Of a stretch of 64,000 nt of DNA, positions 35,946 to 45,695 are shown one piece after another. Within the stretch, counting starts at the first letter, position 1. Each line of letters begins with the position of its first letter. Location of the stretch: NCBI GenBank assembly GCA_031286205.1, contig JAITUR010000003.1, positions 71,697 to 135,696 on the forward strand. Direction: 5' to 3'. The notes under the pieces were generated by a model, which saw nothing but the letters and a program-made list of their open reading frames with translations, did no database searches and was not told where the DNA came from. This DNA comes from Treponema sp. (GTDB lineage: Bacteria > Spirochaetota > Spirochaetia > Treponematales > Breznakiellaceae). The translations under genes and the position numbers were made by a program.

Positions 35946-36800
35946 TTAAATTTTCAAGTGCATTTCGAATGATTTTGCAAGAGAAATAAATTGATCCAAT
36001 TCCAGGGTTTCCGCCCTTTCCATGCCTGTAAGCCCATTTTCAGATAAAATATTTTCTATACTCAATTTAGATAAAGAAGATGCTGAAAAAACAGAAAGGT
36101 TATTTTTAATTGTTTTACGACGGGATGCAAAAAGCGCGCGAACCAGCGGATACAGCATCTTTGGAATTGCATCAGGAAGCTTTGCTTCAGGATGCTTCGC
36201 ATCCAACAGTACCCCCATACTATCCACATTTGGCTGAGGATAAAACGAAGGCGGTTTAATCGTCATAAGCAGTTTAACATTATATATTGATGCGCATAAA
36301 ACCGAAAAAGAAGAATAGTCCGCGCTGCCGGCTTTTGCCGCCATGCGAAGCGCAACCTCTTTTTGAACAGTTACCACCATACGGGAAAAAACACGCCCTT
36401 TTTCTATTAAGTCCGCCAGCAAAGCAGCCGCAATGTTATAGGGAAGATTTCCCAATAAAAAACGCGCAGGGCTTTGAGTACTCCATGTCTTCATTGCATC
36501 GCCTTCTACAAGACTAAAATTATTTTGATCTTTGAACATTTCTTTTAACACACGAATAAACCCGGCATCGATCTCAAATGCTTTTACCTTGCTGCCATTA
36601 TCCAAAAGCAAAGCTGTCATAGCGCCAAGACCGGGACCTATCTCCCAAACTTCTTCTCCGGCGGCAGCTCCAAGCTCGTCTACAAGGGCCTGTCTTGTTG
36701 CAGGATTAATTAAAAAATTTTGTCCGAATTTTTTTTGCATTCCAAGATTATTTTGTTCCAGAAAAGCGCGCAAAGCAGATGCCGAATTATAATTTACCAT
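35946..36800 (-). CDS. rsmA: 16S rRNA (adenine1518/1519-N6)-dimethyltransferase
   Basis: 284 aa. KKFGQNFLINP and VWEIGPGLGAMT SAM-binding motifs. NLPYNIA. Confidence 0.9.
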   Translation of the reverse strand: MVNYNSASALRAFLEQNNLGMQKKFGQNFLINPATRQALVDELGAAAGEEVWEIGPGLGAMTALLLDNGSKVKAFEIDAGFIRVLKEMFKDQNNFSLVEGDAMKTWSTQSPARFLLGNLPYNIAAALLADLIEKGRVFSRMVVTVQKEVALRMAAKAGSADYSSFSVLCASIYNVKLLMTIKPPSFYPQPNVDSMGVLLDAKHPEAKLPDAIPKMLYPLVRALFASRRKTIKNNLSVFSASSLSKLSIENILSENGLTGMERAETLELDQFISLAKSFEMHLKI

Positions 36801-38290
36801 AAAAAAGGCTCCGGCTTTAATCGATCTTTGGTAAATTTATTTTCTAAAACAATAATTAAAACTATAGCTATAATGGATACCACAAGAATAACGACAGGTT
36901 TATCTGCAGAAATAGCGGGAACCTTGGCGGCTAAACCTACAAGCCATTCTTTAACCCGGTAAAGAGGAGACAAAAGCCATCCAAAATCCAATACAAGCCA
37001 AACAAGCGATAAAATCATGTACAAGGTTGTAAGAGGAACAAGCACAAGACCGACAAGAATTCCAATAGGCGCAATATACCCAAAAAGAAAACCCGTTATA
37101 CCCGCCGTCGCCAAAAATGCTCCGCAGGATGCAGACAATGGCTGTAACAAGAAATCAGGAATTTTTCCTGCAAGAAGCTCGTAAAAGGGCTGTCCAATAA
37201 CAAATATTCCGGCAAGAGCCGCATACGAAAGTATAAAACTTATTGTATGCCCTGCCGCCGGCGTAATAATAATTTGAATTAAAAACGATAAACTTAAAAT
37301 TGCCATTGGCTGTTTTGGAAGAAATCCCAAGATTGCAACAACTCCCAAAATATACATTAAAGCGGCACGGTTAAGGCTGGGCATTGGTCCTGTTAAAAAA
37401 CAGTACAGGCAAATTATTACTGCGCCCGCAATAGAAGCCGGTTTTAAGCCCAGCAGGGGTTTTAATAAAAAAGCGATTATTGCGGCTAACACTGCAAGGT
37501 GCATACCGGACAATGCAAGAATGTACGAGCAGCCTGCTTTTCTGTACATATCGGATAAATCAGAATCTAAATTGTCTTTTATACCCAATAAAAGCGCAAG
37601 AGCAAGAGCGCCCCACTCTTTGCTGTCCGCTTTTTCGATCAATTTTATACGAATACCTGTTCTCATTCGTTCTACCGGCGGCGCGGGTTTTACAACAAAT
37701 ATAGTGTTTGCGCTAAATGTCCACTCTCCTTCCGCAGTTGGAGAAGGGCGAAGCATTCCTTCGGAATAAACAGATGCTCCCCGCCCAAACTCCCTTAGTT
37801 TTTCCGCACTTTGCGCAGGAAAAAAAACAGTTATTCGTCCGGAAGAAGTTGCGCGCACAGAACTGTTGGGGCTTATGGATGCACACTTTCGTAAAGAAAC
37901 AAGCGCCATTACATTGCCGCCGGAAATTATCCTTGGATCTTCGAGCAATACACCTTCTATTGCCGTTATTTTTTCCGGCAAGACGGCGAATTTTTGCCGG
38001 CTAAGCCCTGCGTTGGCTGCGCTTATTCCAATGGCAAGCCCGCAAACAAATACAAAAACACAGATCGATACAAGTTTTAATCTGCGTCCCAGTTTAAATC
38101 TATAGTCTATTCTTGCGGCATAACGGCAAAAATACGAAAAGGAAAAAACCAGCATTAGCAGGATTATTGCAGTGGACATAAAAACCAACAGCGAAGCAAA
38201 CATTAGCGAGTGTAAAAAATAAAAACCTATTACTGCTCCTGCGGCAGTGCAAAAAACAGGTGTAGGACGCAAATAATTTTTCATTACCAT
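36794..38290 (-). CDS. comEC: ComEC/Rec2-family membrane protein (no metallo-beta-lactamase domain)
   Basis: 498 aa, polytopic. DUF4131-like OB region, then the competence-domain motif CSYILALSGMHLAVLAAI. Confidence 0.75.
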   Translation of the reverse strand: MVMKNYLRPTPVFCTAAGAVIGFYFLHSLMFASLLVFMSTAIILLMLVFSFSYFCRYAARIDYRFKLGRRLKLVSICVFVFVCGLAIGISAANAGLSRQKFAVLPEKITAIEGVLLEDPRIISGGNVMALVSLRKCASISPNSSVRATSSGRITVFFPAQSAEKLREFGRGASVYSEGMLRPSPTAEGEWTFSANTIFVVKPAPPVERMRTGIRIKLIEKADSKEWGALALALLLGIKDNLDSDLSDMYRKAGCSYILALSGMHLAVLAAIIAFLLKPLLGLKPASIAGAVIICLYCFLTGPMPSLNRAALMYILGVVAILGFLPKQPMAILSLSFLIQIIITPAAGHTISFILSYAALAGIFVIGQPFYELLAGKIPDFLLQPLSASCGAFLATAGITGFLFGYIAPIGILVGLVLVPLTTLYMILSLVWLVLDFGWLLSPLYRVKEWLVGLAAKVPAISADKPVVILVVSIIAIVLIIVLENKFTKDRLKPEPFLW

Positions 38291-39156
38291 TTTAAGCGCG
38301 AAATGGCTTCTGCGGCGGCGGAAGTAATATCTTCGTTATACGACAAATTACCTGCAAAAAGCAAATTATCAAAAGCCGCATTATCGCCGATATTTCCAAG
38401 AGCATTAATAACGGCCATTGTTATTTCAGAATCAAATGTTCCTGTTCTTTCTTTTCTTGCATTTATTAATCCAAGCTGCAAAACCAGAACAAGAGCCGCA
38501 TCAGAATCTCCTACAGCACCAAGACAGGCAATAGCCTCTATAAGGCGATCTTTAGAAACCCTGTTCTGCATAAAATCCGCCTGTACACGATAATAGTGCC
38601 TAATTACCTGCGCGTTTGCTCTTTTCCATTCAAGTTCTGTAAGAGCCAAGATTGATGCATAACGCAATGCGGTAAGATCCGCATCTTCTTCGTTATATAA
38701 AAAACTTTTTTCCAGAGCGTGTTCCGCAAGCTGCCCGCGTTCAGATACATTCAGCTTCTGGCTGTTAATTCCTGTTCTAAACGCAATGAATTTTTCTGCC
38801 GGAGGATTATTTTCTATTACATTTAATAAAAATAAATTCAGATTTCCGGAAATTATATCCAGAGCGCCAATGGCTTCGGAAGCTATTATTTCGGGATACC
38901 CCGAAGTTAATACAGAAAAAAGGGCGGGATACGAAGAACTGCTGCCCTGCTCCATTAAAGCGGCTATACATGCAGAAACAATTCCATAATCAACCGCTGT
39001 TCCGGCTTTAAATGCGTTATTCATTTCTCCTAAGATAAATTCAGGAGAAGGAAAATCTTGGCTGTAAACAGCAGGCGTGCTAGAAATAGCGCTGGAAATA
39101 GCGCCAGAAATAATCAATAAAACAAATAAGGCTGTAACTCTTATCCGTTTATACAT
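38284..39156 (-). CDS. Secreted HEAT/PBS-lyase-like repeat protein
   Basis: 290 aa with a signal peptide. Repeated helical units such as EAIGALDIISG, AIACLGAVGDSDAALVL and VINALGNIGDNAAFDNL. Confidence 0.55.
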   Translation of the reverse strand: MYKRIRVTALFVLLIISGAISSAISSTPAVYSQDFPSPEFILGEMNNAFKAGTAVDYGIVSACIAALMEQGSSSSYPALFSVLTSGYPEIIASEAIGALDIISGNLNLFLLNVIENNPPAEKFIAFRTGINSQKLNVSERGQLAEHALEKSFLYNEEDADLTALRYASILALTELEWKRANAQVIRHYYRVQADFMQNRVSKDRLIEAIACLGAVGDSDAALVLVLQLGLINARKERTGTFDSEITMAVINALGNIGDNAAFDNLLFAGNLSYNEDITSAAAEAISRLKW

Positions 39157-40267
39157 TTAACGCCCCCTGCGAGCCGTCTTTAATTGTATCGGCTTCTTCT
39201 TCCAATACACGGAACGGCAATTCTTCTTCATCTTCTTCCGGTAATAGATCAAACACTTCGCACAGAATATGGTTACGCGTTCCAATTGGAAGAGGGTCTG
39301 CTTCCATGTGAACTACAGATATATTTGCTTCTTTATTGTAATCGACAGAGCGGACGGTGCCGGGCATACAAACCGGAATCCTGTCCAAAGAAAATTGCAC
39401 TTTTAACCGCAAACCTTCTGTTGCCTGCCCGGAAATCCTGAATGCGCAGCCTGATTCAGAAATATCCTCCATCATACACAAAAGACCCTGCGCTCTTTCC
39501 AAAACATGAGGACTCTCGTTTTCTCTTACCATATACAAAAAAGCATTTTTCTTAAACTTTATACGCAGGTGTTTTCGTTTTTGAGTCCTAAACAGGGAAT
39601 CGTTATGCTCTACTTTTAACGAAGAAATACCTTTGGAAAAAACTTCATCCATTACTTCAGTATCAAAAACATAACCGGCATCATCTTCCCGCCAAAAATA
39701 TATAGATATTTTAAGACCTTCCCATGGCATAGATGCGCTTAATTTTTGATTCACCGGGCGCGAAATAGTAATATAGTTTCCGTAATTTTTTATTACTTCA
39801 GATTTATATACGCCTACATTTGGCACCAAAACCCGCAGAATCTGCCCTTCGTTTATTTGACGGGAAGTAGAAATACGAACTTTATTTTCTACAACTTCCA
39901 TCTCTATTTTTTTACAGTAATCGAAAAGCTTGGCAAGAAAATCCTGCGTTGGCAAGTCATTAATTTCGCCGGACATACGAACGGTATGAACCAATGTCCG
40001 AATAACTGTTTCCATTTTTTGCAGGGATTTAAAAATAGAAGCCGGATCCTGGATATTGCAGCCTGCCGAAATCTGCCTAAGCTGCTCCATTTCCCTAAGA
40101 GTAAATCCCGCTTCCTTCCCCTTTGCAAAGAATGCAAGCCAATTGGCGGAATTTTCCTTTTTAGAGCGGGTTATAAAAAAACCTGCGGCGAGAATTACTG
40201 CTGCAAAAAAGAAAAATGGTATCAATTTACTATCCTTGTTATATATATTATAATCAATGTTTAACAA
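39149..40267 (-). CDS. Membrane-anchored YcgR-like PilZ domain protein (predicted c-di-GMP receptor)
   Basis: 372 aa. N-terminal TM helix. PilZ signature QKRKHLRIKF ... EDISESGCAF (RxxxR / DxSxxG). Acidic tail. The start is uncertain: TTG 40267, or TTG 40225 preceded by AAGGA. Confidence 0.75.
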   Translation of the reverse strand: MLNIDYNIYNKDSKLIPFFFFAAVILAAGFFITRSKKENSANWLAFFAKGKEAGFTLREMEQLRQISAGCNIQDPASIFKSLQKMETVIRTLVHTVRMSGEINDLPTQDFLAKLFDYCKKIEMEVVENKVRISTSRQINEGQILRVLVPNVGVYKSEVIKNYGNYITISRPVNQKLSASMPWEGLKISIYFWREDDAGYVFDTEVMDEVFSKGISSLKVEHNDSLFRTQKRKHLRIKFKKNAFLYMVRENESPHVLERAQGLLCMMEDISESGCAFRISGQATEGLRLKVQFSLDRIPVCMPGTVRSVDYNKEANISVVHMEADPLPIGTRNHILCEVFDLLPEEDEEELPFRVLEEEADTIKDGSQGALNV

Positions 40268-40925
40268 TATGGGAATATATATAGAGGCTCTTATTTTATA
40301 TATTGTGCTCTTTTTTGCCGGTTCTGCCGGGGCAATTGCAAATATGCCTCAGGAAGCGAGCGATTTTTCTGTTTATCGGGAATTATACAGGATTGTATTG
40401 TACAGTATCCCCTCTATTGCCCTTATTTGGTATCTTGTTTTAAGGGGTAAAAAGCCAAAGAGCGCGCCCATTAAACCGTGTAAAAACGATCTTGTTTCGG
40501 GTCTTATCGCTCTAGGGTGTCTGTTATTAACCGGTTTTACCATCGCTCTTATGCCTTCCTATTTTGGGGGTTATCCCGCAAGCCCGCCTTCCGGTTCGCC
40601 TGTTGCAGTTTTAGAGTGGGTGGTTTTGTGTACATCCTGTTTTTTGGCGGCATACTTGGAAGAAAGTTATTTCCGTTTTTACCTGCTGTCTAAAAGCAAA
40701 GAAATGAAGATGGGGCAGATTCAGGCGCTGATTTTTTCTACAGCTTTGTTTTCTTTATGCCACATCTACGAAGGACCTTGGGGTTTTCTAAACTCCGTTA
40801 TTTCCGGAGCTATTCTTTCTTTTCTTTATTTGCGTTACCAGACACTTCATGGAATTGCCATTGCTCATGGCCTTTACAATATAGCTGTTTATGTTATTAA
40901 CACTCTGTTAATTATGCGCTTATAA
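40257..40925 (+). CDS. CPBP-family intramembrane glutamic endopeptidase (CAAX protease/Abi-like)
   Basis: 222 aa, polytopic. Motifs LEESYFRFYL (EExxxR), FSLCHIYEG (FxxxH) and IAHGLYN. The start could also be ATG 40269. Confidence 0.8.
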   Translation: MFNNMGIYIEALILYIVLFFAGSAGAIANMPQEASDFSVYRELYRIVLYSIPSIALIWYLVLRGKKPKSAPIKPCKNDLVSGLIALGCLLLTGFTIALMPSYFGGYPASPPSGSPVAVLEWVVLCTSCFLAAYLEESYFRFYLLSKSKEMKMGQIQALIFSTALFSLCHIYEGPWGFLNSVISGAILSFLYLRYQTLHGIAIAHGLYNIAVYVINTLLIMRL

Positions 40926-40942
40926 TATTTTAGACAGCTTAA

Positions 40943-41926
40943 TTAAAACATATAGGAGAACCCGATATAGGGACGGAAAAAACCATTAAACCCTTGTGTC
41001 GAATAATTAAACCCGGTTTCCAGTAAAAATTTGTTAAATAAACGCCAGTAAATTGTCATACCCAAATTAAATTGAACACTTCTTCCGGTTGGCTGCAGGG
41101 GAAAAATCGCTCCTGCTTTTACTCCAAAAGCATTTCTTTCGCCCAGCAGCCATTTTAATACAAGCATATTTATACCCAAATCCGAATTATACCGAATATC
41201 TACTAATGGAGTAGTTAAAGGATCTAAGCTGTATCGACAGTAAACTACTTCTGTTCCAAAATAAATATTCCCGAAAGCCTTGGTAATAAAGCTGGCAAAT
41301 ATATCCATAGACAAAGGGTATAAACCCGAAAAACCTGTTCCGTATAACAGTATAAACGGTGTCCATGCCACACCAATTCTTATTGTAAGGGGCGGAATAT
41401 CTTCAAATACTTCCCAGTCTTTTTTTAGTTCGTCTCTTTCGCTGACGATTTTTTCTACAAATTCTTCTTCGGATCTTTTTTTTGCTATTCTATGTAAAAC
41501 AATTAAGGGTTCCATCAATTCTCTTTTAACCATATCTGAATCCACTGGTTCTGCTTCTACCATTATTTCTTCTGTTTTTTCTTCTATTCTTTCTTCAGCC
41601 TTTTCTTCTACAAGTTCTTCCTCCGAATGTAATGGAACAACTTGAAAATAAATCCAATCCGATTCTTTACTGGGACGATCCAGTACATCGTATGGAATTA
41701 CCAAAAATCTGTAAAAACCGGGATACAAAGAAACATTTAAAGATTGCACTGTTGTCGATTCCACCAAATAAGGGGCAAACTTGCCGGCTTCCATTCTTTG
41801 AAGAATAATCTCGTAACGGAAAGCGTTTTCTACATTCCAGGAAAGTCTTTGTTCAAGGCGTTGAGCGAAAACCGGGAAGGCAAGAAAAATTAAAATGATA
41901 ATTAAAAAGCGCTGTTTATTCATCAT
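40943..41926 (-). CDS. Outer-membrane beta-barrel-like protein with an N-terminal FN3-like domain and an acidic coiled linker
   Basis: 327 aa. Signal peptide FLIIILIFLAFPVFAQ. FN3-like module LSWNVENAFRYEIILQ...GFYRFLVIPY. Glu-rich linker. The C-terminal ~150 aa have an alternating pattern ending in GFSYMF, with the terminal aromatic typical of OM barrels. Confidence 0.55.
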   Translation of the reverse strand: MMNKQRFLIIILIFLAFPVFAQRLEQRLSWNVENAFRYEIILQRMEAGKFAPYLVESTTVQSLNVSLYPGFYRFLVIPYDVLDRPSKESDWIYFQVVPLHSEEELVEEKAEERIEEKTEEIMVEAEPVDSDMVKRELMEPLIVLHRIAKKRSEEEFVEKIVSERDELKKDWEVFEDIPPLTIRIGVAWTPFILLYGTGFSGLYPLSMDIFASFITKAFGNIYFGTEVVYCRYSLDPLTTPLVDIRYNSDLGINMLVLKWLLGERNAFGVKAGAIFPLQPTGRSVQFNLGMTIYWRLFNKFLLETGFNYSTQGFNGFFRPYIGFSYMF

Positions 41927-43574
41927 GCTGTATCCCCAGATCTTCTACCTGTAATTCAATTTCTCCGGGTACTTGGAAGTCAAGAATAAAAGTACTTTCT
42001 CCTATTGTTCCCCGCCGTGCAATCGTATTTCCGGAGCCTGTTCTTACAGCTTCTACCTGCCAGATGAATGTTCCTCTGTCTAACACCCTAAGATTTTCCA
42101 TGGAATAATTAGTTCTTGTTATTGGATCTGTCTGCACTATCTGCCGTCTGCCCGCAGGAGTTTGCTGGTATAAAGTAAAAATATAAGCTGTCGCCTGAGG
42201 TACGCTAGACCAGCTAAAATTGATTCTTCTAAGATTCTGTAATTCATTTGTCTCATATCTTGTTCCCCTTACAGGCAACATATTCTGAGGAGCTGCAAGA
42301 CGCGGGGGCGGTGCTGGGGGTGCTGGGGGCGGAGGAGGAGGAGGCGGTTCAGGCGGCGGTGGCGCGCTGGCAGGCACTGCCTCGGGGGTTGATGACGCCG
42401 CGGGAACAGTTGTCGATATTGTCGGCGGAGGAGGCGTTAACGCAAGCACTTCCGGCGGCGCTGCCGCTATCGCAACAGCAATTTCCTCTTTAGTAAAATG
42501 AGCCGAAACTATTTCCGGCGGTAATTCCGGCGGCAGATTAGCAGGGGTTGGGGCTTCCAATACCAGCCAGTCCATTATACTTTCAGATTCACTTTGCACA
42601 TTAGACCGGACTTCCGTTTCCGGAGCTGCTGTTGCTGCAACTGCAACAATTTTTTCTAACCGGAAAAAATTAACACTAGAATAAACACTTTGCGCGTTAA
42701 AAATAGAAGGATAAACAGGCAAGACACGCCAGAACCATACTCCTTCTTCCAAACCTGTTTCGGTTAAAAAAGAAGCGAATGTATTTTTATTTACCATTAG
42801 ATCGGAAAAATCCGGTGTCTTACATACTTCTATCTTGTAAGAAACAGCATCTTCCAATTCTTCCCACTGAAAATTAATTACAGGGGTTCCTTCCTGGTAC
42901 CTGAATATACTGTTTACTGCGGGACTTATCAATTTAGGTTGTCTAACAGAAATACTTGCTGTACTTACCTTGTCGGTACTGGCAGCCCATTCAACGCTTT
43001 GTACTGTTTGTATAGATACCTCTCTTGGCGTATCCCTTCTATCTTCTGCATTATTTGTATTTGCCGGGTTTGCCGTACTTACAACAGGGCTTATTGCTGC
43101 GGTTAATACACTACCCGGCTGGGCAGATACATTCCTGCCGTCAATTTCCAGTTCTATTTTTAGATTCTCGTCTGTTGCAACAACAGAGATAGTACCTTCA
43201 TCCAAAATAATTTGCAGTGTTTCGCCGTCGGCAGACAGCATTATTCGTATAAGCGTATTTTCTTCCAAAAAAATATCGGCTTCCTGTATTTTTAATGTAG
43301 CTGCGGAAACATCGGCTACACGGATTAAATCTCCAATGTAAACAGGCGATTCATTTGTAAGCCTATCCCATACAACCCGGTTAGAAAAACGCCGCTGAAC
43401 CGTATTTTTTCTTATTACAACAGTTCCAACAGGCTCTACATTTTGCAAATGCACTGTTTGCATAAGATCGTGCCAAAACAGATTTACACATACAACAGAA
43501 ATGGAAAGAAACAATAAAGTAATAAAAATATCGATAAAACCGAATTTTTTAAAACTGGAATTTCTGCCGCCCAT
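41916..43574 (-). CDS. Membrane-anchored FecR-domain-like protein with FN3-like modules and a long proline-rich spacer
   Basis: 552 aa. N-terminal TM helix. FecR-like segment GTVVIRKNTVQ...PVYIGDLIRVADVSAATLKIQEADIFLEENTLIRI. Two FN3-like modules (FQWEELEDAVSYKIEV..., FSWSSVPQATAYIFTLY...). Pro-rich region including PPPPEPPPPPPPPAPPAPPP. Confidence 0.65.
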   Translation of the reverse strand: MGGRNSSFKKFGFIDIFITLLFLSISVVCVNLFWHDLMQTVHLQNVEPVGTVVIRKNTVQRRFSNRVVWDRLTNESPVYIGDLIRVADVSAATLKIQEADIFLEENTLIRIMLSADGETLQIILDEGTISVVATDENLKIELEIDGRNVSAQPGSVLTAAISPVVSTANPANTNNAEDRRDTPREVSIQTVQSVEWAASTDKVSTASISVRQPKLISPAVNSIFRYQEGTPVINFQWEELEDAVSYKIEVCKTPDFSDLMVNKNTFASFLTETGLEEGVWFWRVLPVYPSIFNAQSVYSSVNFFRLEKIVAVAATAAPETEVRSNVQSESESIMDWLVLEAPTPANLPPELPPEIVSAHFTKEEIAVAIAAAPPEVLALTPPPPTISTTVPAASSTPEAVPASAPPPPEPPPPPPPPAPPAPPPRLAAPQNMLPVRGTRYETNELQNLRRINFSWSSVPQATAYIFTLYQQTPAGRRQIVQTDPITRTNYSMENLRVLDRGTFIWQVEAVRTGSGNTIARRGTIGESTFILDFQVPGEIELQVEDLGIQHDE

Positions 43575-43577
43575 ATC

Positions 43578-45689
43578 TTACTCGTCTAAGCTAATATCCA
43601 GTAAGTCTGCCGGATCGCCAAGTTCTTCTATTTCGTTTTTATCGTCCATGCCTATTTTATATTTTTTTTCATCGGTATTGATATCCGCATTATTAGTACC
43701 CGGAGGCTCGATATTCAAAAGCTGGCGAACTTCTCTTAAGGTCTGCGGTCCTTTGGTTTCTCCAAGGAAATTTACTACAGCAAAAATACGAACAGGTTTT
43801 TCTTTCCCTTTAACGGTAACAGGAGGCATTTCTTCCGTTATAAATTTATCGCCCACAAGTTTCCATGTATCTTCCGATATAAGAATATCCGCCCCCAGCG
43901 GTTTTGTAAGAGCTTCTATTCTGGACGCAAGGTTTACAGGATCGCCAATTACCGTATATTCCATTCTCATATCACTGCCCAGTTGTCCCGCCGTAACAAT
44001 ACCGGTATTTATACCGCACCCAATTTTAATAAGAGGGAATTCGGGATCATTTTCCTGGCGGGATTTGTTAAGATAAAAAAGACATTTACGCATCATTAAT
44101 GCGGACTTTACACAGTTAAACGCATCTTTGCGCGGACTTCCTGCAGAGTATGCTGTTCCCCAATGCGCCATAACAGCATCTCCAATAAATTTATCGACAA
44201 CGCCATTTGTTTTTTCTACACAATCGACCATTTGGGTAAAGTATGAATTTAACCACGAAACAATTTTATCGGATGCACCGCTGCCAAAAACCAAAGTAAA
44301 CTGTTCGGATTTTGCAGTAAAATCACGAATGTCGGAAAAGAAAACAGTGCCGTGTTTTGGAAAACCGCCGGGTTTAATTTCGCCGCGCATGGCTTTAATT
44401 GCAATTTCTTTATTTGTAAATCTGCCAAAAATATTCAGGGCTTTACTCATCTTATGGAAACTTCCCATTAAAATACCGACTTCGTCATGGCCTTTTGCTT
44501 TTAAATCAATATCAAAATTACCGCCTTCTATTTTACGCGCGGCATAAGCCAGTGTTCTTAGGGGAACAGACAGTGTTTTGGAGAAATACCAGATAAAAAT
44601 AATGGAAATGCAAAGCACTGCGATTGTAAAATAAATATTGCGCCTTGTTGTAGCGGCAATACCTTCGAATACTTTGTCGTACTCTATGCTTGTAACAATA
44701 ACAGTGCCTGCTATATTTAATTTTGTATAAGCTAAAAAATACCGCGCAGGTTTTTCAGATTCTTCTTTAGATGTTTCTATTTTTTTTAGCGCAGGAATAT
44801 ACACTGATGCTTTTTGCCAAATCTTATCCCAGATATTTTTAACTTTTACCCATATTTCTCCCGCTTTATCCCACGCAATGGCGGCAAAGCCGGATGCTAC
44901 AACTGCGGAACTGTCCTCCATAAAGCCAAGATCTGCTTCTATTAACTGCTGTCTGGAACGCTGAGTATTGTTAACAATATCAAAAAAAAAGCTTTCCCCT
45001 GCCAAATTAACGGCATTGTTTAATATGCTAAAATCTGAAATGGCAAGAATATCTCCATCGCTGTTTACCATAAAAGATTGATTCACGCCAAATCCAAAAT
45101 TATTGTTCAGGTTTTCGGAAGAAAATAAAACAGCGCCTACTCCGCCCTGAGACCACGGAAAATACAAAGCAAGGCATGGGCGGGCAAAAAAAGGTGACGC
45201 ATTATTAAGCAAAGTTTCTCCGCGGACAGCCCGCCCCAATGCAATTCTTTGTTCCTTAAAAAAATTGCCTGCGGCAGTATCCTCCAGGCCTCTGGACGAA
45301 AAAAATACGGTATTTACATACAACTGCTCGCTTTTGCCCGGTTCGACAAAATAAAGAGCCGCTATTTGCTGGTTTTCGGAGAAGAAATAGTCGACAGTTT
45401 CCTTTGCGATATTAGACCCCGGACCTACAGCGGTTATTGTATGCATTAAAACCCGCGAATTGGATCTAATATTCATAATGGCGGACTCCGCTTCCATAGC
45501 CGAGCGGCGGTTAACCTCCAGGTTGTTGTCTTCGGCGGTAATGCGCAAGTCTTGATGCACCAGCCAGGAAACAAGGGCAGTAACAGAGCCCAATGATACG
45601 ATAACAATGAAGGAAATAATGATAATTAACTTGGCGCCTATTGAAAATTTGATATTATCTATTGCGCGCCGCTTGTATTTTGCTGCCAT
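43578..45689 (-). CDS. Sensor class III adenylate/guanylate cyclase (periplasmic Cache-like domain, HAMP, cyclase)
   Basis: 703 aa. TM1, a ~300-aa periplasmic domain, then TM2. HAMP (LSVPLRTLAYAARKIEGGNFDIDLKAKGHDEVGILMGSFHKMSKAL). Cyclase core (GTVFFSDIRDFTAKSE, DKFIGDAVMAHWG, GINTGIVTAGQLGS, YTVIGDPVNLASRIE). Confidence 0.85.
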   Translation of the reverse strand: MAAKYKRRAIDNIKFSIGAKLIIIISFIVIVSLGSVTALVSWLVHQDLRITAEDNNLEVNRRSAMEAESAIMNIRSNSRVLMHTITAVGPGSNIAKETVDYFFSENQQIAALYFVEPGKSEQLYVNTVFFSSRGLEDTAAGNFFKEQRIALGRAVRGETLLNNASPFFARPCLALYFPWSQGGVGAVLFSSENLNNNFGFGVNQSFMVNSDGDILAISDFSILNNAVNLAGESFFFDIVNNTQRSRQQLIEADLGFMEDSSAVVASGFAAIAWDKAGEIWVKVKNIWDKIWQKASVYIPALKKIETSKEESEKPARYFLAYTKLNIAGTVIVTSIEYDKVFEGIAATTRRNIYFTIAVLCISIIFIWYFSKTLSVPLRTLAYAARKIEGGNFDIDLKAKGHDEVGILMGSFHKMSKALNIFGRFTNKEIAIKAMRGEIKPGGFPKHGTVFFSDIRDFTAKSEQFTLVFGSGASDKIVSWLNSYFTQMVDCVEKTNGVVDKFIGDAVMAHWGTAYSAGSPRKDAFNCVKSALMMRKCLFYLNKSRQENDPEFPLIKIGCGINTGIVTAGQLGSDMRMEYTVIGDPVNLASRIEALTKPLGADILISEDTWKLVGDKFITEEMPPVTVKGKEKPVRIFAVVNFLGETKGPQTLREVRQLLNIEPPGTNNADINTDEKKYKIGMDDKNEIEELGDPADLLDISLDE

Positions 45690-45695
45690 ATTACT

